Below, piece by piece: positions 9,518 to 18,305 of a stretch of 30,012 bases of DNA. This stretch comes from a virus, in the IMG/VR virus record IMGVR_UViG_2886395505_000001, positions 1-30,012 of that record. One strand, written 5' to 3'. A model generated the notes under the pieces. The model did not search any database. It was given only the letters and a program-made list of their open reading frames with translations, and was not told where the DNA came from. Position numbers and translations under genes: made by a program. Within the stretch, counting starts at the first letter, position 1, and each line of letters begins with the position of its first letter.

Positions 9518-10123
9518 TTAAATATCTGTTTCTTTTGATAAAGTATGATAAGCGTATTGAACACCTTTAACAGCTAGTTTTTGATTTTCTGAAAGTGTAT
9601 CCCAATGACCCCAAATACCATTACCATTAATAGCTAGTGTATATTTTAATTCAACGTTAGCGTCTGCTGCTGCACTCATTTCAAAAGATGTTAAATATCC
9701 TTGAAAATAATTAACTTTATATTCTTCTTTTTGAGTTTCTTCGTTAATTCGCATACTTTCAATATCTACTTCCCAAAATTCTACTAAATCACCATCTAAA
9801 AACCATTTGTGCATTTCTTCCCAAACAGCCAATGTTTTACTATCTTCTACTCTATTTGCAATAGAACTTAATTCTAATTCATTTTCACCGTCTGCTAATG
9901 ATTTAACTGTTCCGTCTACCGTAACAGTAGAACCTGATTCTTTTTCCATAGAGATCAAATGTTCTGTCATAAATGAAATTCTTGAAGCGTCTTCTTTAGT
10001 TCTATCTTTGTAACGTCTGAAAAACGCAAGTAATTCTTTTCCATTCATAGCTTTAATAGCGTTTTGAATTTCTGATGTAGTTACTGATACATCTTGCGTT
10101 GTAGTTGTTGTTTCATTTGTCAT
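9518..10123 (-). CDS. major tail protein (TP901-1/phi13-like family)
   Basis: 201 aa, immediately upstream of the G/GT chaperones and followed by a terminator. The sequence pattern (..LAFFRRYKD..FMTEH..VDGT..) is typical of siphovirus major tail proteins. Confidence 0.8.
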   Translation of the reverse strand: MTNETTTTTQDVSVTTSEIQNAIKAMNGKELLAFFRRYKDRTKEDASRISFMTEHLISMEKESGSTVTVDGTVKSLADGENELELSSIANRVEDSKTLAVWEEMHKWFLDGDLVEFWEVDIESMRINEETQKEEYKVNYFQGYLTSFEMSAAADANVELKYTLAINGNGIWGHWDTLSENQKLAVKGVQYAYHTLSKETDI

Positions 10124-10128
10124 ATTTT

Positions 10129-10512
10129 TTAATTCCTTTCTTTGTTATAAAAAAAATCAACTTCTAATACTCTATGTATCAAAGGTTGAACATCTGTATT
10201 ATCTTGTAAATCTCTTACACTACTTTTCTTGTAGCTGATTTTATAATTTAAAAATGATTTATTGTTTCTTAATTCTTGTAGTAACTTAGCTGACCAATCA
10301 TCAAGAGTCTTTCGGTCTGTTCTAAGTCCGTAAATGTGTACAGTTTGAGTTATTTCACCATAAAGCTCTACATTATTTGCCTCATTATTAAAAGATTCAC
10401 CGAAATAAATAAAAGGATATTTAGCTGTTGCATCAGGTAAATAATCAAATGTATTCTCTGTAATTAATTGTGCTACAGAATAAATATATCTAAATAAAAC
10501 ATGATTAATCAT
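10129..10512 (-). CDS. tail terminator / tail-to-head joining protein (SPP1 gp17-like)
   Basis: 127 aa, the last neck gene before the major tail gene. The YPFIYFGE...VHIYG pattern is typical of this family. Confidence 0.5.
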   Translation of the reverse strand: MINHVLFRYIYSVAQLITENTFDYLPDATAKYPFIYFGESFNNEANNVELYGEITQTVHIYGLRTDRKTLDDWSAKLLQELRNNKSFLNYKISYKKSSVRDLQDNTDVQPLIHRVLEVDFFYNKERN

Positions 10513-10862
10513 TTTCCGAATAGTCCTTTCATAACTTTAGTTAAATCTGATTTGAATTTAGGTTCTACTTCTTTTAATGCAGGGCGAACGTGAGGTTTTC
10601 CAGATTGAAATCTTGTACCATATTCTTGATAACCTTGATAATCAACTTTAGATTTAGTATGACTTTCCAGTTTTCCTACGAAACGAGAAGTAACACCCTT
10701 TTTTAAAGTAGCAGTATCAACTGGAGCTTTACTTTGTATTTTTTCATTTAATTCACTAGTAGTATCTTTTACAACCATACTAACTTCTTCTTCACTACGA
10801 CTATTAGCCTTTTTAATTACACCAGATAAAATTTCCATACCTTGCCAATGTATTTTAGCCAT
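10509..10862 (-). CDS. HK97 gp10-family neck/tail completion protein
   Basis: The YGTRFQSGKPHVRPAL motif matches the gp10-family signature (GT....P..RPA). 117 aa, in synteny. Confidence 0.75.
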   Translation of the reverse strand: MAKIHWQGMEILSGVIKKANSRSEEEVSMVVKDTTSELNEKIQSKAPVDTATLKKGVTSRFVGKLESHTKSKVDYQGYQEYGTRFQSGKPHVRPALKEVEPKFKSDLTKVMKGLFGK

Positions 10863-11166
10863 TTCTAACCACCCTTTTTAATCGCACAGCACTTTTAATT
10901 GGAGCGTCTATATTTTCAATTGGTACATAATAATTATTTTTGAAAAAAGCTTTTGTAAAAGGTTCTTGTTCCTGCATAAATCTACAAATCATAATATTAT
11001 CAGTTCTGTTTCCATAATCTTCAAATACTTTTGATTTTTTAATGTAGTTTATGTAACAAGCTACTTCTTTATACTCACTTTCTGAATTCTCGTAAGTGTC
11101 AGTTACAGGATTGTACTTATCAGCAGTATTAGACTTAAATAACTTAATTCTGTGGGGAGTTTTCAT
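10855..11166 (-). CDS. head closure / head-tail adaptor protein (SPP1 gp16-like)
   Basis: 103 aa, between the connector and the gp10-like gene. The call rests on synteny and size. Confidence 0.5.
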   Translation of the reverse strand: MKTPHRIKLFKSNTADKYNPVTDTYENSESEYKEVACYINYIKKSKVFEDYGNRTDNIMICRFMQEQEPFTKAFFKNNYYVPIENIDAPIKSAVRLKRVVRNG

Positions 11167-11498
11167 AAAAACTGAATTCCCCCTTCACTTTCCAGTTTGA
11201 AGTCTTTTTTCAAAATTTCTAAATATGGTTCAAATAAATTATTTAAGTTATGATAAGTCACTGAATAACCGTCAATATTTTCACTAGCTAAAGCTTCAGA
11301 ACCTTTTTGACCATATAGTTTGTAAACAACGTTTTCAATCATAAATTGATATTTATCTTCTATTGTTAAAGCTCCTGTAAAACCTAAAAAATAACTTTCA
11401 GCGTCATTTATTAAGTCTTTTAATAAATCATTTTCATTATCATTGTCTAAGTCTATTCCTAATCGTCTTTTAATTTTTTCAAGTTGAGTATTTTCCAT
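11163..11498 (-). CDS. head-tail connector (gp6/SPP1 gp15-like)
   Basis: The N-terminus LEKIKRRLGIDLDNDNENDLLKDLINDAESYF is typical of Phage_connect_1 proteins. It is the first neck gene after the capsid gene. Confidence 0.7.
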   Translation of the reverse strand: MENTQLEKIKRRLGIDLDNDNENDLLKDLINDAESYFLGFTGALTIEDKYQFMIENVVYKLYGQKGSEALASENIDGYSVTYHNLNNLFEPYLEILKKDFKLESEGGIQFL

Positions 11499-11500
11499 AT

Positions 11501-11686
11501 TTACTCTCCTTTTTTTGATTTTTTAACTTCCTTTTTTTCAACTTTAATAAGATCTTTATTTAAAAGATCTTTAATACGTTCTTCTGACACTGTTAATCCT
11601 TTTCTAGGAAAAACAGCATTTTCTTTATATAAATATTCATCATCTGAATAATCTCTTAAACTAGTAGTCGTTCTATATAGAGCCAT
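11501..11686 (-). CDS. hypothetical small Lys-rich protein (61 aa)
   Basis: SD AAAGGAGAA lies 5 nt upstream of the ATG. The gene sits between the capsid and connector genes. Confidence 0.55.
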   Translation of the reverse strand: MALYRTTTSLRDYSDDEYLYKENAVFPRKGLTVSEERIKDLLNKDLIKVEKKEVKKSKKGE

Positions 11687-11794
11687 ATTTATTCTCCTTT
11701 CTTCTTGACAACCTTTTTCTTAGTAGTTTCTTCTACTTTTTCATTAGTTTTCTTTTCTTCTTTTTCATGGTGCCTTCGTAATAATAAACTCATG

Positions 11795-12631
11795 TTAAGC
11801 ACCAAATCTTACAACTTTTTTATCATCATATAAATAAGCTCCGTAATGATTGTCCCCAGTGATTACAGTAGTCTTTTTAATAATATCTCTATCAGTTTCA
11901 ACTAAAACATCACGTTTCATATTGATAACAAAAGCTCCGTATTTTGAATTATCTTCCTCATCTGTTTCTTTAGCAGACACAGCGATTACAAAACCTTGAC
12001 CTTGCTCAACTTTCTTAGAGCGTACTAATTCAACACCTAGCACTTCCCCAAAAGTACCTGAAATTAAAGCGCTAGCTCCTAATTCTGAACCACGTAAGAA
12101 ATCTTTTCCGGCTTCTGTACGTAATTTCATAGCGTCAATTGGATTTAAAATAGCCACATAACGCACATCTTCTTCATCTTCGAAAATATCCAAAGCTGCT
12201 TGCAAGTTAGCTAGCGTGTTAGGTGCTTTGTTTACGTGTTGAGTTGCTTTTTTAGCTTCTTCTATAATATCGTTATCTATTTTGTCAGCTAATGCTAAAC
12301 CTAGCTGAGAAACTGCTTCTCCAATCGGATCATCTAAACCTGATAAAACAGCTTCGTCAGTGATTTCATAACCACCAGCTACTTTTTTTACTGTCATTTC
12401 AGTTGTTGTAACGCCCAATTTATTTAACGGAATAGCTTGCCCTTCAGCTACTTCTTGTGCTGCACCAGTGTATGTGAATTTTGGAACTTTTAAAGTTGTT
12501 CCAGGCTGACTAACTAATGTTGTTTCCAGTTTAGCTAATGTTTTAAATCTTAATAATTTTGGTAGTTTAGCTGAAATCATATCAGCCATAACTTCAGGAT
12601 TAATTAAATCTGCGATTTTTGTTTGTGTCAT
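11795..12631 (-). CDS. major capsid protein (HK97-fold type)
   Basis: 278 aa, directly after the scaffold gene. The N-terminus MTQTKIADLINPEVMADMISAKLPK..L is typical of this capsid family. Confidence 0.85.
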   Translation of the reverse strand: MTQTKIADLINPEVMADMISAKLPKLLRFKTLAKLETTLVSQPGTTLKVPKFTYTGAAQEVAEGQAIPLNKLGVTTTEMTVKKVAGGYEITDEAVLSGLDDPIGEAVSQLGLALADKIDNDIIEEAKKATQHVNKAPNTLANLQAALDIFEDEEDVRYVAILNPIDAMKLRTEAGKDFLRGSELGASALISGTFGEVLGVELVRSKKVEQGQGFVIAVSAKETDEEDNSKYGAFVINMKRDVLVETDRDIIKKTTVITGDNHYGAYLYDDKKVVRFGA

Positions 12632-12637
12632 TGTTTT

Positions 12638-13216
12638 CTATCCTTTCAATTCATTGTATAAATTTGGATTAGATCTTTGCAAATCTAATCTTGCACGGTA
12701 ACTCATTTTACTAAATTGTTCTTTAGTAACAGTATTAGTAGCATTTGAAATTTTCAAAGGTGTTTTACCTTTCATAAGTTCTTTAACTTTAATTTCTGAT
12801 TGTTCTTCGATTAATTTAACTAGTAAATTAATAGCTTCATCTGTAGCCTCTGCTGTATCTTTGACTACAAAATTCAGAACCTCTTCATTAGTAACAATAC
12901 CTTTTTCAGCAAGACTTATATTTGCTACTTTTTCTAATTTATGTCTTGCTAATTCAGCTTCAAGTTCTTTAATTTGAGCGTCTGTTTTATCTTTTTCATA
13001 TTTAGCTTTTTCTTCTTCGCTCATTTTACGCAACTTTTCAGCTTCACTCATTTTTAATTGATATTCTTCATCTTTTTTACTTAAAGCACGATTTAATCGT
13101 TCTTTTATAATTTTATCAACTTGTTCTTGAGTAAAAGTTTTTTCAGTAGTTTCTTCAGTTTGAGTGTCGACTTTCTCTACTTCTTCAACTACTTCTGTTT
13201 TTGTTTCATTTTCCAT
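12638..13216 (-). CDS. capsid scaffolding protein (DUF4355-like)
   Basis: Acidic and coiled-coil. TFTQEQVDKIIKERLNR is typical of phage scaffold proteins. I prefer the ATG at 13216 (MENETK..) because GGGAGGA lies 7 nt upstream. The track ORF starts at 13264. Confidence 0.8.
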   Translation of the reverse strand: MENETKTEVVEEVEKVDTQTEETTEKTFTQEQVDKIIKERLNRALSKKDEEYQLKMSEAEKLRKMSEEEKAKYEKDKTDAQIKELEAELARHKLEKVANISLAEKGIVTNEEVLNFVVKDTAEATDEAINLLVKLIEEQSEIKVKELMKGKTPLKISNATNTVTKEQFSKMSYRARLDLQRSNPNLYNELKG

Positions 13217-13333
13217 AATGAAATCCTCCCGTTTTAAGTCCGTAAGACTGATGATCTCTTGCACCTTTTAAAGCCTTGAGCACGTTTTGGGCATAATAAA
13301 AAGACATTTTAACGTTTTGTCTAGAACGATTAC

Positions 13334-13762
13334 TTAAAATTTAAATTCTTTTTGTCTTTTGTATGATTTTTCATAATATTTCTCTTGTTTTTTAGCTGTT
13401 TTTATTACATCATCAAAACTTCGCCAGCCTCCCTCTGACATATCTGAATAATCACCCCATTTTTTCACTTTGAAATACTGTCTGTTAAAATTTATTGTAT
13501 ATGATTCAGGTGTTTCTCCCCAAATCTGCCAATTTTTTATAAAAACTGTATGTTCGTTATCTATCTTTACAGCGTATCCATAAGACGTTTTAAAAACGTT
13601 AGATTTATCTAATTTGATAACCGCGTTATTATTATCTTTTGACACGTGTGAACCTACAAAACCTCTATATTTATTTGATATTTCAATAAATTGCTTTTCA
13701 TCAAAACCTTTGTAAACATAATTTTGTTCAAAATCATCAAATTTGAAAGGTGCTTTTTTCAC
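13334..13762 (-). CDS. hypothetical protein (142 aa) between the MuF and scaffold genes; start unresolved
   Basis: The only in-frame start is a GTG at 13762 with no SD. The frame stays open upstream to 13840, overlapping the MuF gene end. See the finding covering 13334..13840. Confidence 0.5.
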   Translation of the reverse strand: MKKAPFKFDDFEQNYVYKGFDEKQFIEISNKYRGFVGSHVSKDNNNAVIKLDKSNVFKTSYGYAVKIDNEHTVFIKNWQIWGETPESYTINFNRQYFKVKKWGDYSDMSEGGWRSFDDVIKTAKKQEKYYEKSYKRQKEFKF

Positions 13763-13799
13763 GTTTTCAGGTTTTATAGCGTCTGATTTTTCAATTTGT

Positions 13800-14747
13800 T
13801 CATCTTGTTTTTTTCGCTTGTTCAGCTTTGTGTTTAGCGATTAAATCATTAATAGCTTTATCGCTGTCAAAATAAGGAGCTGTAGAACATTTACAATGGG
13901 GGTGCATTGGACAAGCATTTTTACCAGGCTGCATATCTTTTACTTTAAATTTCTTTTCATGTAAAGGACCACATAGTTTACAACTTTTAGTTTCAGCTAA
14001 ATATATATATTCTTCGTAATCAGCTTCTTCATAACTAGCTTTTTGTACTTCTGTCTGTATTCTAGCAGCTTCTGTAACTAGAAGTCTTTTAGCTTCGTAT
14101 TTTTTAATATTCAAATCTTTTGTTAACTGTGAAATGTAAGTCGTTGGATTTTTACCTTTTACAATTAAATCTTCAACTGATTTAGCTACTACTTTACGTA
14201 TCGCTGATTGCTGACTTGTTAGTCCAGTTTTCCACGTAACTCCGTTAAATGGTCTTTCTAAAAGTACGTTTATCCCAATTTGAGTATCTGCTGCATTACC
14301 AACGCTTTTTCCTAAAATCCCAGCTTGATTTCTAATATCTTTTTTATATTCTTTATTTAAAAACTGTTCAGCTAATCTTGTTTCTTCTTCTGATAAACCT
14401 AACAATTGTAAATCAATGTTATATTGCAACATTTCTAACCTTGAAACTTTCATTTTCAAATTATATACAGCTAATTCTTCATTAGCTTCTTTACTAAATT
14501 TTTTTTCATTAACATATCGTCTAGCTTTTTCTGAAAAAGCTTGAACGTCCATTTCAGAAACACGTTTTCTAGCTTCTGAAAGAGAAATGTTATTTCTAAC
14601 AGCATACTTCATGTAAAAGTCGTTAATTTCTTTTTCTATTTCACGTTTATATCTATCATATAAATCTTGCAACTGAACGTCTAAGCTAAGCTCTGCTTTT
14701 TGCTTTTCTTTTATTTCTCTAAGTCGTCTATTCGTCCAATACGTCAT
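13800..14747 (-). CDS. minor head protein, Mu F / SPP1 gp7 family
   Basis: The C-terminal motif CKLCGPLHEKKFKVKDMQPGKNACPMHPHCKCS is characteristic of Phage_Mu_F proteins. The gene follows the portal gene. Confidence 0.85.
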   Translation of the reverse strand: MTYWTNRRLREIKEKQKAELSLDVQLQDLYDRYKREIEKEINDFYMKYAVRNNISLSEARKRVSEMDVQAFSEKARRYVNEKKFSKEANEELAVYNLKMKVSRLEMLQYNIDLQLLGLSEEETRLAEQFLNKEYKKDIRNQAGILGKSVGNAADTQIGINVLLERPFNGVTWKTGLTSQQSAIRKVVAKSVEDLIVKGKNPTTYISQLTKDLNIKKYEAKRLLVTEAARIQTEVQKASYEEADYEEYIYLAETKSCKLCGPLHEKKFKVKDMQPGKNACPMHPHCKCSTAPYFDSDKAINDLIAKHKAEQAKKTR

Positions 14748-16074
14748 CAGTCACACGCTCTCTTAGTAAATTTCTAGTGAATGAACTAGCTTTATTGTCA
14801 TCGTATTCCATTCTCTTCAATTCTTCATTGACATCATCTATAATAGACAAAATACTTAATCTTGTAGCATTAGATACTTTACCATCTAATAAAGCTAAAA
14901 CTTCTGCTTCTTCCTTGATGTTTCTAGGTACATTTCTTGTGAATTTATAATGAATTACTTTCCATTCATCACCAAAATTTATGGTAGGTAAATTAAAAAG
15001 TAATTCATACATTCTATTGAACGCACTTGTTACTTTCCTATCTAGAATATTAGCTAAGTTCGACATTGGTTGTAGTTTGAAAGCTAGAGCTGTACCTGAC
15101 GCATTTCCAAAATTTTCTTGTGAAAGATTAGCGACCATTGAAATATCAAAAATCGATTTAATCAGTAAATGAATTAAGTTTTCTTGTGTAGCGTCTGCAT
15201 TGGGCTTGTTTAAAAATTCGGCGTCAAGATTATTAGTTTCACCGTAAAGATTAATCAATCTACTATCTCTGATATGAAGTGCTATATCTTCTTCTAATTT
15301 CGCACCTATCACTTTTAAATAGGCGTCAGCGAAATAATCTACATCGTTAGCCTTTTCGGATACAGCTTTGTTCAAAGCGTTTATTAACGTTTTTACTGAA
15401 TCGAACAAACTTTGCCTTTCTTCATTTGCGACTAATTCAACTACTGGTAATTTATGAAATTGATGATTTACTCTTTCTAAAATTTTCACTTTACCGTTAG
15501 CATCAACTGAAATAGATATGATTTCATCATTAGTTATAACTTCTCCGAACGAATCACCGTCGTTATCACCTAAACTATATCTGATAGCGCATAACGGAAG
15601 TTCTGAAATAGAATTGTCATGTATCATAATCATGTTAATCGGACTGTTATAAGTCATTCTAGTTACTGCGTCTTCATCTTGAAATAAGTATATAAACGAA
15701 TGTCCAAAAATATTCGTCATTTTTGATAATTCAAATTCAGAATCTAACATGTCGTTAATTTTTCTAAATTCTTTAATAACATCGCTTATAACTTCGTTGT
15801 TATGCGTTATTTTGACAGGTATACCTAAGTGAAAACCTGTGAAAGTATCAATAATGTATTTAGCATAATTTAAAATTATCCTGTTATCCGGTTTATAATT
15901 TGGTTTCTTTTCTTTTCTTAATATGTCGTGATTAGTCATGTACATATTCTCATTTTCAATATATAAACTTAAAAGTTTACCTCTATGTAATTCAATAGCT
16001 TTGTTAATGAAATCAGTATTGATAACCGCTTCTTTATCTGCTGTAAATAACTTCTTATTGTTTAGTTTAATCAT
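14728..16074 (-). CDS. portal protein (SPP1 gp6-like)
   Basis: 448 aa, immediately after TerL. KPDNRIILNYAKYIIDTFTGFHLGIPVKI is typical of gp6-like portals. Confidence 0.88.
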   Translation of the reverse strand: MIKLNNKKLFTADKEAVINTDFINKAIELHRGKLLSLYIENENMYMTNHDILRKEKKPNYKPDNRIILNYAKYIIDTFTGFHLGIPVKITHNNEVISDVIKEFRKINDMLDSEFELSKMTNIFGHSFIYLFQDEDAVTRMTYNSPINMIMIHDNSISELPLCAIRYSLGDNDGDSFGEVITNDEIISISVDANGKVKILERVNHQFHKLPVVELVANEERQSLFDSVKTLINALNKAVSEKANDVDYFADAYLKVIGAKLEEDIALHIRDSRLINLYGETNNLDAEFLNKPNADATQENLIHLLIKSIFDISMVANLSQENFGNASGTALAFKLQPMSNLANILDRKVTSAFNRMYELLFNLPTINFGDEWKVIHYKFTRNVPRNIKEEAEVLALLDGKVSNATRLSILSIIDDVNEELKRMEYDDNKASSFTRNLLRERVTDDVLDE

Positions 16075-17321
16075 TATACAATTCCTTTCATAATCTGAAC
16101 ACCACCTGAAATATATCTATCTTGTACAGCATATCTTATGGCGTCTATGCAGTGGTTATATGAGTCAACTGGTGTGTTTGTATATTCGTTTGTATTCTTA
16201 TCTTTTTTCCATGTGTAGTTTTCTAACTCTTCAATAGTCTTAACACATCTATCATCTACAACTATTTTGAATTGTAAAAGATATTGTAACCCTGCTAGTA
16301 GTGACCCTTGACCTTTTTTAGAGTCTCTTAATCTGCTAAGCCCTAAACGTCTCAACTCCGCATTTGATTTCTTTTCAGCACTATCAGCCGTTATAACTTC
16401 TTTACTATAACCTAAATTATTTATAGCATTGTATATCTCGTTATTTAATAGATTTTTCTTAACATATTCTTCAACTATGTATAATGTTTTGTTCTTATCA
16501 TCTATCTTGACATGGAGAAAAGCTGAAGGGTCATTAATAAAACCATAGTCAAGCCCAAAAAAAGAAGGTAACTCTCTTAAGTTATCCTTATTTAAAATCG
16601 TTCTTTCATATTTAGGGAATATTAGTTTGTCTAATGTTGCAAACTCTCCTAAAGCATATATTTTATAATAAACCTCATTTCTGTTTGCTAACTCTTCTAT
16701 ATTCTCTATAACTTGTTTATCTAAAAATCTATTATCTTTGTAAGTAGTCTGATAAACTACTGTATTTTTAGGAGTTTTTACAAAGAAAGCATTATAAACC
16801 CAATTTACTTTTGAAACAGGGTTAAACATTAAGTATATTTGTTTGTAAAGATGTTTCTTTTCCCTTAAACGTAACGTAAGTTGTGTATAATCATCTAAAG
16901 TAAATTCAGATGCTTCTTCCATTACTACATCAGAAATACCTTTAATAGATTTTATTTTCTCTGGGTCGTCCATTCCTTTAAAAATAAATATAGCACCATT
17001 AGGCAACTCTATTTCAAAGTTAGTTTTATTAACTTTACATAAATCTAACATACTGACATTATTATTCCTTAGGCTTTCTAGTGTAGATTTTACGTCAGCA
17101 AATACAGAATCCCTTATAGTTGCCCCTACTTTTCTTAATACAAGTATTTTTCTAGGTACTTTCCACTTTTTCAAAGCTTTAAAAACTATCTTTTGAAATA
17201 CTCCATGACTTTTACCACTAGAGGCACCTCCATAGTGAACTTCTGTAAATATAGAATAATCATCTAATTTATCGTAAATATGCTTGTTAAAGTATTTTTT
17301 AGGGTCTCCCTTAATCCTCAT
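16074..17321 (-). CDS. terL: terminase large subunit (PBSX family)
   Basis: Walker A is HYGGASSGKSHG. 415 aa, with TerS upstream and the portal gene downstream. Confidence 0.9.
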   Translation of the reverse strand: MRIKGDPKKYFNKHIYDKLDDYSIFTEVHYGGASSGKSHGVFQKIVFKALKKWKVPRKILVLRKVGATIRDSVFADVKSTLESLRNNNVSMLDLCKVNKTNFEIELPNGAIFIFKGMDDPEKIKSIKGISDVVMEEASEFTLDDYTQLTLRLREKKHLYKQIYLMFNPVSKVNWVYNAFFVKTPKNTVVYQTTYKDNRFLDKQVIENIEELANRNEVYYKIYALGEFATLDKLIFPKYERTILNKDNLRELPSFFGLDYGFINDPSAFLHVKIDDKNKTLYIVEEYVKKNLLNNEIYNAINNLGYSKEVITADSAEKKSNAELRRLGLSRLRDSKKGQGSLLAGLQYLLQFKIVVDDRCVKTIEELENYTWKKDKNTNEYTNTPVDSYNHCIDAIRYAVQDRYISGGVQIMKGIV

Positions 17322-17856
17322 CTTCCCAAGTTCCTAATTCAAATGTTATATCTCCAGTTATATTAGTATTTACATTATTTTGATACATTCCTAATGATTT
17401 AGCTAATTTATCTGAAGCATTAATTCTAGTTGCTAAGTCAGGCTCTACTTCTATTACTTTCTGCAACCCTTCTCCTGCTCCTATGAATTTAATGTCTTTA
17501 GTTTGACCCCTTACAATACTTGTCCAGAACTGTTTTAACTCCAGACTAGACATCACAGAGTGTTCTAATAGCTTATCTTCGTAAATTGTTTGTAATTTTG
17601 CTACAACTTCTGGAATGTGTAGGAATTTGTCACACCCAGTTAACATTTTATTTGCTGTGCTTCTTGCTGATTTCTCGCTAAAACCAGCTTTTATTGCTGC
17701 ATCTGTAGCATTAGTAAAACCATTAGCCATATATTCTAATATAAATAACTTTTGTTTATTTCTAGATGATGGCCAATCATTCATCAAATTAGATGCTTTT
17801 TCTTTTATCTCATCAACTATTTTCTGATTATTCAATTTTCCATCATCTCCTCTCAA
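17311..17856 (-). CDS. terS: terminase small subunit (Terminase_2-like)
   Basis: KQKLFILEYMANGFTNATDAAIKAGFSEKSARSTANKML is the typical TerS HTH region. The track start is a TTG. A second in-frame TTG 8 codons in lies after AGAGGAG, so the start is uncertain by ~21 nt. Confidence 0.85.
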   Translation of the reverse strand: MRGDDGKLNNQKIVDEIKEKASNLMNDWPSSRNKQKLFILEYMANGFTNATDAAIKAGFSEKSARSTANKMLTGCDKFLHIPEVVAKLQTIYEDKLLEHSVMSSLELKQFWTSIVRGQTKDIKFIGAGEGLQKVIEVEPDLATRINASDKLAKSLGMYQNNVNTNITGDITFELGTWEDED

Positions 17857-17860
17857 TTCA

Positions 17861-17890
17861 TAATAAAAAGAACTGCTATTACACAGTTCT
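17861..17890 (-). terminator. intrinsic-terminator-like hairpin between the late regulator gene and terS
   Basis: The minus strand reads AGAACTG-tgtaatag-CAGTTCT followed by TTTTATTA. The stems are at 17869..17875 / 17884..17890. Confidence 0.45.
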
Positions 17891-17902
17891 CTATACTATC
17901 AA

Positions 17903-18289
17903 TTATAGTGGACGTTTGGGACGTTGTAGTCGCTCTTTAAAATAATGTCTAATTTCTCTAATTTCTTTTTTGATCTTAGTCGTACCATAATGCGTTCTCC
18001 AAGCTATTTGAGAGACATATAACCTTTGTCTGTATTTATATTCAAATATCATTATTTTTAATTCAGAAGCACTTTCCATAAAATCATCTATTGCTTTTAC
18101 AATTTGTAAAGCTCTTTTATAACGTTTATCTTCTATTTTTTTTACCAATGCACGTTCTTTACTATTTCCATAACTATTATTCTGCACTCCTAAATCATCA
18201 ATACTAGCACTTTCGTTAAAGTGTACATTTATTATATTTCTATAATACTTCTCATTTTTTAAAATTGCGTCTAATTCTTCCCATTTCAT
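17903..18289 (-). CDS. late-gene transcriptional regulator candidate (ArpU/RinA-like, sigma region-4-like C-terminus)
   Basis: 128 aa, in the conserved position just upstream of terS. The C-terminal IFEYKYRQRLYVSQIAWRTHYGTTKIKKEIREIRHYFKERL looks like an HTH. A strong SD GAGAGGAGG is present. Confidence 0.5.
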   Translation of the reverse strand: MKWEELDAILKNEKYYRNIINVHFNESASIDDLGVQNNSYGNSKERALVKKIEDKRYKRALQIVKAIDDFMESASELKIMIFEYKYRQRLYVSQIAWRTHYGTTKIKKEIREIRHYFKERLQRPKRPL

Positions 18290-18305
18290 TTATTGACCTC
18301 CTCTC

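Noticed and set aside
11689-11793. 34-codon Lys/Glu-rich ORF (MSLLLRRHHEKEEKKTNEKVEETTKKKVVKKKGE*) filling the gap between the capsid gene and the 61-aa gene
   Set aside because: It has no SD (the ATG is 1 nt after the capsid stop) and is very low in complexity. It contains the SD of the next gene. Coding cannot be supported from sequence alone.
13265-13333. Searched the scaffold-upstream gap for a terminator or regulatory hairpin
   Set aside because: Only an 8-bp direct repeat acgttttg (13282-89, 13312-19) was found. There is no stable stem followed by a T-tract.
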